This document shows positions 37,001 through 49,000 of a stretch of 64,000 bases of DNA, in pieces (the stretch's first letter is position 1; each line of letters opens with the position of its first letter). The notes under the pieces are model-generated. The model did no database searches, was not told the origin of the DNA, and saw only the letters and a program-made list of their open reading frames with translations. Origin of the DNA: Desulfobacterales bacterium (GTDB lineage: Bacteria; Desulfobacterota; Desulfobacteria; Desulfobacterales; UBA2174); the NCBI GenBank assembly GCA_963668645.2, contig CAXXWC010000021.1, positions 1,312,001-1,376,000 of the forward strand, written 5' to 3'. The position numbers were made by a program, and so were the translations under genes.

Positions 37001-40000
37001 AGTGGCGACGGTAAGCGGCGCATCCTTGAAATGGGCCACGGTATCGTTGGCCCCCCCGGACGCCAGGGTGCCTCCGCCCTGGTTGATGTTGACCCAGAAT
37101 TCGCTGACCTTGATTGTAAGGCCGTCTACACCCACAAAGGTGGCTTCACCGACACCGGCGCGCAGACTCGTCCAGCTTCTCAGATCTTTAGCCGTGGAAT
37201 TGGCCGAAACCTTGGGCTTCATCAAGGCCAGGGCCAGGTTGACATCGGCAAGTTGCAGTCCAAGGGCTGTTTCGTTGGGGGTGTCGTTCTCGTCGACGGT
37301 ACCGTCATCGTTGCTGTCGACATAATAGGGGCCGTTGACGCCGACAAAGGCATCCACCCCTGAAGCGCCGATGGTGAGCAGATCGACTTGTACCGTCTCT
37401 AAAGTCGTCCCGTTGGTGACGGTAATGGTCTCGGAACTCTTCTTGAAGGCAAAAGCCCCATCAAGATAGAAGAACCCGAAAATATCCAGCGTCACATGGC
37501 CTGAAGCTTCGAGCAAGGCACCTTTGGTCCCGTCGAAGTTCAGGGAAACGGACTCGCCGCCGGTCTGGATGGAAAGCGGAGTGGCTTTGAAGTCAGCCAC
37601 CGAGGTGTTGGCAGTACCGTCTGCGGCGGTTCCACCGCTCTTGTTGATGTTCACCCAGAAATCACTCACCCCGATGGTGAGGCCTTCAACGCCTACGAAG
37701 GCAGCTTCGCCGACACCGGCGCGCAGGCTGATCCAGCTTCTATTATCTGCAGGAGTGCTCTGGCCGGCGATTGTCTTGGGCTTCATGATGGCCAGGGCAA
37801 AATCGACATCTCCCAGGACCAGCCCCATTGCCGTATCATTGGGCGTGTCGCTCTCGTCGATGATCCCATCGCCGTTGCTGTCGGTGTAATATGGGCCGTT
37901 GACACCGGCAAAAGCGTTCACACCGGAAGCCCCGAGGGTGAGTAGGTCGACCTGTACCGATTCTAAGGCGCTGCCGTTGGCCACCGAGATGGTCGCCGTG
38001 CTCTTCTTGAAAGCGAAGCTGCCGTCCACGTAGAAGAACCCGAACACATCCAGCGTCAGTTCCGTCATCACCGCCAGCAGCACGCCCTCGTCACCATCGA
38101 TGACCAGGGTCACCGGCGCGCTCGACGGGCCGGTCGATATCTCGCGCCCCGTTGCTGCGCCGTCGTTCGGATTGCTCTCGGTATCTTTAAAATCCAGCAC
38201 CTTGTTCGGCGCCGTGGTCGTGTCGCTGGTCTTGTTCACCTGCACCGAAAGCGAGCTGATCTCGGCCGCCAACCCTTCGATGCCCGTCAAACCCGCACTG
38301 CCCACATCCGCTTGCAGCGCCATGTAGTTGATCGCAGGTGTGGCAGAACCCGCCGCAACCGGCGTGCTCACCATCACCATGGCAAAGTTGACGTCCTCCA
38401 GCGCAAATCCGATCCCGCCGACCCCGGCAAACGCGCTGTCCACATGACCGCCCACCTGCATGTACTTCACGTTGGCCAGCGTCGTGGTGTCTACCGCGCC
38501 CGTGCTCGCATCGGTCAGAACAAAGCTGTCGGTCGCCTGCTTGAACGCCAGGCTCCCATCCAACTGCACGAACCCGAACACATCCAGCGTCAGTTCCGTC
38601 ATCACCGCCAGCAGCACGCCCTCGTCACCATCGATGACCAGGGTCACCGGATCGCTCGACGGACCCGTCGATATCTCTCGTCCACTGGCTGCACTGTCGT
38701 TGGGATTGCTCTCGGTATCTTTAAAATCCAGCACCTTGTTCGGCGCCGTGGTCGTGTCGCTGGTCTTGTTCACCTGCACCGAAAGCGAGCTGATCTGCGC
38801 CGCCAACCCTTCGATGCCCGTCAAACCCGCACTGCCCACATCCGCTTGCAGCGCCATGTAGTTGATCGCAGGTGTGGCAGAACCCGCCGCAACCGGCGTG
38901 CTCACCATCACCATGGCAAAGTTGACGTCCTCCAGCGCAAATCCGATCCCGCCGACCCCGGCAAACGCGCTGTCCACACGACCGCCCACCTGCATGTACT
39001 TCACGTTGGCCAGCGTCGTGGTGTCTACCGTGCCCGTGCTCGCATCGGTCAGAACAAAGCTGTCGGTCGCCTGCTTGAACGCCAGGCTCCCATCCAACTG
39101 CACGAACCCGAACACATCCAGCGTCAGTTCCGTCATCACCGCCAGCAGCACGCCCTCGTCACCATCGATGACCAGGGTCACCGGCGCGCTCGACGGGCCG
39201 GTCGATATCTCGCGCCCCGTTGCTGCGCCGTCGTTCGGGTTGCTGTCGGTATCTTTAAAATCCAGCACCTTGTTCGGCGCCGTGGTCGTGTCGCTGGTCT
39301 TGTTCACCTGCACCGAAAGCGAGCTGATCTGCGCCGCCAACCCTTCGATGCCCGTCAAACCCGCACTGCCCACATCCGCTTGCAGCGCCATGTAGTTGAT
39401 CGCAGGTGTGGCAGAACCCGCCGCAACCGGCGTGCTCACCATCACCATGGCAAAGTTGACGTCCTCCAGCGCAAATCCGATCCCGCCGACCCCGGCAAAC
39501 GCGCTGTCCACATGACCGCCCACCTGCATGTACTTCACGTTGGCCAGCGTCGTGGTGTCTACCGCGCCCGTGCTCGCATCGGTCAGAACAAAGCTGTCGG
39601 TCGCCTGCTTGAACGCCAGGCTCCCATCCAACTGCACGAACCCGAACACATCCAGCGTCAGTTCCGTCATCACCGCCAGCAGCACGCCCTCGTCACCATC
39701 GATGACCAGGGTCACCGGATCGCTCGACGGACCCGTCGATATCTCTCGTCCACTGGCTGCACTGTCGTTGGGATTGCTCTCGGTATCTTTAAAATCCAGC
39801 ACCTTGTTCGGCGCCGTGGTCGTGTCGCTGGTCTTGTTCACCTGCACCGAAAGCGAGCTGATCTCGGCCGCCAACCCTTCGATGCCCGTCAAACCCGCAC
39901 TGCCCACATCCGCTTGCAGCGCCATGTAGTTGATCGCCGGTGTGGCAGAACCCGCCGCAACCGGCGTGCTCACCATCACCATGGCAAAGTTGACGTCCTC

Positions 40001-43000
40001 CAGCGCAAATCCGATCCCGCCGACCCCGGCAAACGCGCTGTCCACATGACCGCCCACCTGCATGTACTTCACGTTGGCCAGCGTCGTGGTGTCTACCGCG
40101 CCCGTGCTCGCATCGGTCAGAACAAAGCTGTCGGTCGCCTGCTTGAACGCCAGGCTCCCATCCAACTGCACGAACCCGAACACATCCAGCGTCAGTTCCG
40201 TCATCACCGCCAGCAGCACGCCCTCGTCACCATCGATGACCAGGGTCACCGGATCGCTCGACGGACCCGTCGATATCTCTCGTCCACTGGCTGCACTGTC
40301 GTTGGGATTGCTCTCGGTATCTTTAAAATCCAGCACCTTGTTCGGCGCCGTGGTCGTGTCGCTGGTCTTGTTCACCTGCACCGAAAGCGAGCTGATCTCG
40401 GCCGCCAACCCTTCGATGCCCGTCAAACCCGCACTGCCCACATCCGCTTGCAGCGCCATGTAGTTGATCGCCGGTGTGGCAGAACCCGCCGCAACCGGCG
40501 TGCTCACCATCACCATGGCAAAGTTGACGTCCTCCAGCGCAAATCCGATCCCGCCGACCCCGGCAAACGCGCTGTCCACATGACCGCCCACCTGCATGTA
40601 CTTCACGTTGGCCAGCGTCGTGGTGTCTACCGCGCCCGTGCTCGCATCGGTCAGAACAAAGCTGTCGGTCGCCTGCTTGAACGCCAGGCTCCCATCCAAC
40701 TGCACGAACCCGAACACATCCAGCGTCAGTTCCGTCATCACCGCCAGCAGCACGCCCTCGTCACCATCGATGACCAGGGTCACCGGCGCGCTCGACGGGC
40801 CCGTGGAGATCTCGGGGCCACTGGCTGCGCCGTCGTTCGGGTTGCTGTCGGTATCTTTAAAATCCAGCACCTTGTTCGGCGCCGTGGTCGTGTCGCTGGT
40901 CTTGTTCACCTGCACCGAAAGCGAGCTGATCTCGGCCGCCAACCCTTCGATGCCCGTCAAACCCGCACTGCCCACATCCGCTTGCAGCGCCATGTAGTTG
41001 ATCGCAGGTGTGGCAGAACCCGCCGCAACCGGCGTGCTCACCATCACCATGGCAAAGTTGACGTCCTCCAGCGCAAACCCGATCCCGCCGACCCCGGCAA
41101 ACGCGCTGTCCACATGACCGCCCACCTGCATGTACTTCACGTCGGCCAGCGTCGTGGTGTCTACCGTGCCCGTGCTCGCATCGGTCAGAACAAAGCTGTC
41201 GGTCGCCTGCTTGAACGCCAGGCTCCCATCCAACTGCACGAACCCGAACACATCCAGCGTCAGTTCCGTCATCACCGCCAGCAGCACGCCCTCGTCACCA
41301 TCGATGATGAGGGTCACCGGCGCGCTCGACGGGCCGGTCGATATCTCTCGTCCACTGGCTGCATTGTCGTTGGGGTTGCTGTCGGTATCTTTAAAATCCA
41401 GCACCTTGTTCGGCGCCGTGGTCGTGTCGCTGGTCTTGTTCACCTGCACCGAAAGCGAGCTGATCTGCGCCGCCAACCCTTCGATGCCCGTCAAACCCGC
41501 ACTGCCCACATCCGCTTGCAGCGCCATGTAGTTGATCGCCGGTGTGGCAGAACCCGCCGCCACCGGCGTGCTCACCATCACCATGGCAAAGTTGACGTCC
41601 TCCAGCGCAAATCCGATCCCGCCGACCCCGGCAAACGCGCTGTCCACATGACCGCCGACCTGCATGTACTTCACGTTGGCCAGCGTCGTGGTGTCTACCG
41701 CACCCGTGCTCGCATCGATCAGAACAAAGCTGTCGGTCGCCTGCTTGAACGCCAGGCTCCCATCCAACTGCACAAACCCGAACACATCCAGCGTCAGTTC
41801 CGTCATCACCGCCAGCAGCACGCCCTCGTCACCATCGATGATGAGGGTCACCGGATCGCTCGACGGGCCGGTCGATATCTCTCGTCCACTGGCTGCACTG
41901 TCGTTGGGATTGCTCTCGGTATCTTTAAAATCCAGCACCTTGTTCGGCGCCGTGGTCGTGTCGCTGGTCTTGTTCACCTGCACCGAAAGCGAGCTGATCT
42001 GCGCCGCCAACCCTTCGATGCCCGTCAAACCCGCACTGCCCACATCCGCTTGCAGCGCCATGTAGTTGATCGCAGGTGTGGCCGAACCCGCCGCCACCGG
42101 CGTGCTCACCATCACCATGGCAAAGTTGACGTCCTCCAGCGCAAATCCGATCCCGCCGACCCCGGCAAACGCGCTGTCCACATGACCGCCCACCTGCATG
42201 TACTTCACGTTGGCCAGCGTCGTGGTGTCTACCGCACCCGTGCTCGCATCGATCAGAACAAAGCTGTCGGTCGCCTGCTTGAACGCCAGGCTCCCATCCA
42301 ACTGCACGAACCCGAACACATCCAGCGTCAGTTCCGTCATCACCGCCAGCAGCACGCCCTCGTCACCATCGATGACCAGGGTCACCGGCGCGCTCGACGG
42401 GCCGGTCGATATCTCGCGCCCCGTTGCTGCGCCGTCGTTCGGGTTGCTGTCGGTATCTTTAAAATCCAGCACCTTGTTCGGCGCCGTGGTCGTGTCGCTG
42501 GTCTTGTTCACCTGCACCGAAAGCGAGCTGATCTCGGCCGCCAACCCTTCGATGCCCGTCAAACCCGCACTGCCCACATCCGCTTGCAGCGCCATGTAGT
42601 TGATCGCCGGTGTGGCAGAACCCGCCGCAACCGGCGTGCTCACCATCACCATGGCAAAGTTGACGTCCTCCAGCGCAAATCCGATCCCGCCGACCCCGGC
42701 AAACGCGCTGTCCACATGACCGCCGACCTGCATGTACTTCACGTTGGCCAGCGTCGTGGTGTCTACCGCACCCGTGCTCGCATCGATCAGAACAAAGCTG
42801 TCGGTCGCCTGCTTGAACGCCAGGCTCCCATCCAACTGCACAAACCCGAACACATCCAGCGTCAGTTCCGTCATCACCGCCAGCAGCACGCCCTCGTCAC
42901 CATCGATGATGAGGGTCACCGGATCGCTCGACGGACCCGTCGATATCTCTCGTCCACTGGCTGCACTGTCGTTGGGATTGCTCTCGGTATCTTTAAAATC

Positions 43001-46000
43001 CAGCACCTTGTTCGGCGCCGTGGTCGTGTCGCTGGTCTTGTTCACCTGCACCGAAAGCGAGCTGATCTCGGCCGCCAACCCTTCGATGCCCGTCAAACCC
43101 GCACTGCCCACATCCGCTTGCAGCGCCATGTAGTTGATCGCCGGTGTGGCAGAACCCGCCGCAACCGGCGTGCTCACCATCACCATGGCAAAGTTGACGT
43201 CCTCCAGCGCAAATCCGATCCCGCCGACCCCGGCAAACGCGCTGTCCACATGACCGCCGACCTGCATGTACTTCACGTTGGCCAGCGTCGTGGTGTCTAC
43301 CGCACCCGTGCTCGCATCGATCAGAACAAAGCTGTCGGTCGCCTGCTTGAACGCCAGGCTCCCATCCAACTGCACAAACCCGAACACATCCAGCGTCAGT
43401 TCCGTCATCACCGCCAGCAGCACGCCCTCGTCACCATCGATGATGAGGGTCACCGGATCGCTCGACGGACCCGTCGATATCTCTCGTCCACTGGCTGCAC
43501 TGTCGTTGGGATTGCTCTCGGTATCTTTAAAATCCAGCACCTTGTTCGGCGCCGTGGTCGTGTCGCTGGTCTTGTTCACCTGCACCGAAAGCGAGCTGAT
43601 CTGCGCCGCCAACCCTTCGATGCCCGTCAAACCCGCACTGCCCACATCCGCTTGCAGCGCCATGTAGTTGATCGCAGGTGTGGCCGAACCCGCCGCAACC
43701 GGCGTGCTCACCATCACCATGGCAAAGTTGACGTCCTCCAGCGCAAATCCGATCCCGCCGACCCCGGCAAACGCGCTGTCCACATGACCGCCCACCTGCA
43801 TGTACTTCACGTTGGCCAGCGTCGTGGTGTCTACCGCGCCCGTGCTCGCATCGGTCAGAACAAAGCTGTCGGTCGCCTGCTTGAACGCCAGGCTCCCATC
43901 CAACTGCACGAACCCGAACACATCCAGCGTCAGTTCCGTCATCACCGCCAGCAGCACGCCCTCGTCACCATCGATGACCAGGGTCACCGGCGCGCTCGAC
44001 GGACCCGTGGAGATCTCGCGGCCACTGGCTGCGCCGTCGTTCGGGTTGCTGTCGGTATCTTTAAAATCCAGCACCTTGTTCGGCGCCGTGGTCGTGTCGC
44101 TGGTCTTGTTCACCTGCACCGAAAGCGAGCTGATCTCGGCCGCCAACCCTTCGATGCCCGTCAACCCCGCACTGCCCACATCCGCTTGCAGCGCCATGTA
44201 GTTGATCGCAGGTGTGGCAGAACCCGCCGCAACCGGCGTGCTCACCATCACCATGGCAAAGTTGACGTCCTCCAGCGCAAATCCGATCCCGCCGACCCCG
44301 GCAAACGCGCTGTCCACATGACCGCCCACCTGCATGTACTTCACGTCGGCCAGCGTCGTGGTGTCTACCGTGCCCGTGCTCGCATCGGTCAGAACAAAGC
44401 TGTCGGTCGCCTGCTTGAACGCCAGGCTCCCATCCAACTGCACGAACCCGAACACATCCAGCGTCAGTTCCGTCATCACCGCCAGCAGCACGCCCTCGTC
44501 ACCATCGATGATGAGGGTCACCGGCGCGCTCGACGGGCCGGTCGATATCTCTCGTCCACTGGCTGCATTGTCGTTGGGGTTGCTGTCGGTATCTTTAAAA
44601 TCCAGCACCTTGTTCGGCGCCGTGGTCGTGTCGCTGGTCTTGTTCACCTGCACCGAAAGCGAGCTGATCTGCGCCGCCAACCCTTCGATGCCCGTCAAAC
44701 CCGCACTGCCCACATCCGCTTGCAGCGCCATGTAGTTGATCGCCGGTGTGGCAGAACCCGCCGCCACCGGCGTGCTCACCATCACCATGGCAAAGTTGAC
44801 GTCCTCCAGCGCAAATCCGATCCCGCCGACCCCGGCAAACGCGCTGTCCACATGACCGCCCACCTGCATGTACTTCACGTCGGCCAGCGTCGTGGTGTCT
44901 ACCGCGCCCGTGCTCGCATCGGTCAGAACAAAGCTGTCGGTCGCCTGCTTGAACGCCAGGCTCCCATCCAACTGCACGAACCCGAACACATCCAGCGTCA
45001 GTTCCGTCATCACCGCCAGCAGCACGCCCTCGTCACCATCGATGATGAGGGTCACCGGCGCGCTCGACGGGCCGGTCGATATCTCTCGTCCACTGGCTGC
45101 ATTGTCGTTGGGGTTGCTGTCGGTATCTTTAAAATCCAGCACCTTGTTCGGCGCCGTGGTCGTGTCGCTGGTCTTGTTCACCTGCACCGAAAGCGAGCTG
45201 ATCTGCGCCGCCAACCCTTCGATGCCCGTCAAACCCGCACTGCCCACATCCGCTTGCAGCGCCATGTAGTTGATCGCCGGTGTGGCAGAACCCGCCGCCA
45301 CCGGCGTGCTCACCATCACCATGGCAAAGTTGACGTCCTCCAGCGCAAATCCGATCCCGCCGACCCCGGCAAACGCGCTGTCCACATGACCGCCGACCTG
45401 CATGTACTTCACGTTGGCCAGCGTCGTGGTGTCTACCGCACCCGTGCTCGCATCGATCAGAACAAAGCTGTCGGTCGCCTGCTTGAACGCCAGGCTCCCA
45501 TCCAACTGCACAAACCCGAACACATCCAGCGTCAGTTCCGTCATCACCGCCAGCAGCACGCCCTCGTCACCATCGATGATGAGGGTCACCGGATCGCTCG
45601 ACGGGCCGGTCGATATCTCTCGTCCACTGGCTGCACTGTCGTTGGGATTGCTCTCGGTATCTTTAAAATCCAGCACCTTGTTCGGCGCCGTGGTCGTGTC
45701 GCTGGTCTTGTTCACCTGCACCGAAAGCGAGCTGATCTCGGCCGCCAACCCTTCGATGCCCGTCAAACCCGCACTGCCCACATCCGCTTGCAGCGCCATG
45801 TAGTTGATCGCAGGTGTGGCAGAACCCGCCGCAACCGGCGTGCTCACCATCACCATGGCAAAGTTGACGTCCTCCAGCGCAAATCCGATCCCGCCGACCC
45901 CGGCAAACGCGCTGTCCACATGACCGCCCACCTGCATGTACTTCACGTTGGCCAGCGTCGTGGTGTCTACCGCGCCCGTGCTCGCATCGGTCAGAACAAA

Positions 46001-49000
46001 GCTGTCGGTCGCCTGCTTGAACGCCAGGCTCCCATCCAACTGCACAAACCCGAACACATCCAGCGTCAGTTCCGTCATCACCGCCAGCAGCACGCCCTCG
46101 TCACCATCGATGACCAGGGTCACCGGCGCGCTCGACGGGCCGGTCGATATCTCGCGCCCCGTTGCTGCGCCGTCGTTCGGGTTGCTGTCGGTATCTTTAA
46201 AATCCAGCACCTTGTTCAGCGCCGTGGTCGTGTCGCTGGTCTTGTTCACCTGCACCGAAAGCGAGCTGATCTGCGCCGCCAACCCTTCGATGCCCGTCAA
46301 ACCCGCACTGCCCACATCCGCTTGCAGCGCCATGTAGTTGATCGCAGGTGTGGCAGAACCCGCCGCAACCGGCGTGCTCACCATCACCATGGCAAAGTTG
46401 ACGTCCTCCAGCGCAAATCCGATCCCGCCGACCCCGGCAAACGCGCTGTCCACATGACCGCCCACCTGCATGTACTTCACGTTGGCCAGCGTCGTGGTGT
46501 CTACCGCGCCCGTGCTCGCATCGGTCAGAACAAAGCTGTCGGTCGCCTGCTTGAACGCCAGGCTCCCATCCAACTGCACGAACCCGAACACATCCAGCGT
46601 CAGTTCCGTCATCACCGCCAGCAGCACGCCCTCGTCACCATCGATGACCAGGGTCACCGGCGCGCTCGACGGACCCGTGGAGATCTCGCGGCCACTGGCT
46701 GCGCCGTCGTTCGGGTTGCTGTCGGTATCTTTAAAATCCAGCACCTTGTTCGGCGCCGTGGTCGTGTCGCTGGTCTTGTTCACCTGCACCGAAAGCGAGC
46801 TGATCTGCGCCGCCAACCCTTCGATACCCGTCAACCCCGCACTGCCCACATCCGCTTGCAGCGCCATGTAGTTGATCGCAGGTGTGGCAGAACCCGCCGC
46901 AACCGGCGTGCTCACCATCACCATGGCAAAGTTGACGTCCTCCAGCGCAAACCCGATCCCGCCAACCCCGGCAAAGGCGCTGTCCACATGACCGCCCACC
47001 TGCATGTACTTCACGTTGGCCAGCGTCGTGGTGTCTACCGCGCCCGTGCTCGCATCGGTCAGAACAAAGCTGTCGGTCGCCTGCTTGAACGCCAGGCTCC
47101 CATCCAACTGCACGAACCCGAACACATCCAGCGTCAGTTCCGTCATCACCGCCAGCAGCACGCCCTCGTCACCATCGATGACCAGGGTCACCGGCGCGCT
47201 CGACGGGCCGGTCGATATCTCGCGCCCCGTTGCTGCGCCGTCGTTCGGGTTGCTGTCGGTATCTTTAAAATCCAGCACCTTGTTCGGCGCCGTGGTCGTG
47301 TCGCTGGTCTTGTTCACCTGCACCGAAAGCGAGCTGATCTGCGCCGCCAACCCTTCGATGCCCGTCAAACCCGCACTGCCCACATCCGCTTGCAGCGCCA
47401 TGTAGTTGATCGCCGGTGTGGCAGAACCCGCCGCAACCGGCGTGCTCACCATCACCATGGCAAAGTTGACGTCCTCCAGCGCAAATCCGATCCCGCCGAC
47501 CCCGGCAAACGCGCTGTCCACATGACCGCCCACCTGCATGTACTTCACGTTGGCCAGCGTCGTGGTGTCTACCGCGCCCGTGCTCGCATCGGTCAGAACA
47601 AAGCTGTCGGTCGCCTGCTTGAACGCCAGGCTCCCATCCAACTGCACGAACCCGAACACATCCAGCGTCAGTTCCGTCATCACCGCCAGCAGCACGCCCT
47701 CGTCACCATCGATGACCAGGGTCACCGGCGCGCTCGACGGGCCGGTCGATATCTCGCGCCCCGTTGCTGCGCCGTCGTTCGGGTTGCTGTCGGTATCTTT
47801 AAAATCCAGCACCTTGTTCGGCGCCGTGGTCGTGTCGCTGGTCTTGTTCACCTGCACCGAAAGCGAGCTGATCTCGGCCGCCAACCCTTCGATGCCCGTC
47901 AACCCCGCACTGCCCACATCCGCTTGCAGCGCCATGTAGTTGATCGCCGGTGTGGCAGAACCCGCCGCCACCGGCGCGCTCACCATCACCATGGCAAAGT
48001 TGACGTCCTCCAGCGCAAATCCGATCCCGCCGACCCCGGCAAACGCGCTGTCCACATGACCGCCCACCTGCATGTACTTCACGTCGGCCAGCGTCGTGGT
48101 GTCTACCGTGCCCGTGCTCGCATCGGTCAGAACAAAGCTGTCGGTCGCCTGCTTGAACGCCAGGCTCCCATCCAACTGCACGAACCCGAACACATCCAGC
48201 GTCAGTTCCGTCATCACCGCCAGCAGCACGCCCTCGTCACCATCGATGATGAGGGTCACCGGCGCGCTCGACGGGCCGGTCGATATCTCTCGTCCACTGG
48301 CTGCATTGTCGTTGGGGTTGCTGTCGGTATCTTTAAAATCCAGCACCTTGTTCGGCGCCGTGGTCGTGTCGCTGGTCTTGTTCACCTGCACCGAAAGCGA
48401 GCTGATCTGCGCCGCCAACCCTTCGATACCCGTCAACCCCGCACTGCCCACATCCGCTTGCAGCGCCATGTAGTTGATCGCCGGTGTGGCCGAACCCGCC
48501 GCAACCGGCGTGCTCACCATCACCATGGCAAAGTTGACGTCCTCCAGCGCAAATCCGATCCCGCCGACCCCGGCAAACGCGCTGTCCACATGACCGCCCA
48601 CCTGCATGTACTTCACGTTGGCCAGCGTCGTGGTGTCTACCGCGCCCGTGCTCGCATCGGTCAGAACAAAGCTGTCGGTCGCCTGCTTGAACGCCAGGCT
48701 CCCATCCAACTGCACGAACCCGAACACATCCAGCGTCAGTTCCGTCATCACCGCCAGCAGCACGCCCTCGTCACCATCGATGACCAGGGTCACCGGCGCG
48801 CTCGACGGGCCGGTCGATATCTCGCGCCCCGTTGCTGCGCCGTCGTTCGGGTTGCTGTCGGTATCTTTAAAATCCAGCACCTTGTTCGGCGCCGTGGTCG
48901 TGTCGCTGGTCTTGTTCACCTGCACCGAAAGCGAGCTGATCTCGGCCGCCAACCCTTCGATGCCCGTCAACCCCGCACTGCCCACATCCGCTTGCAGCGC

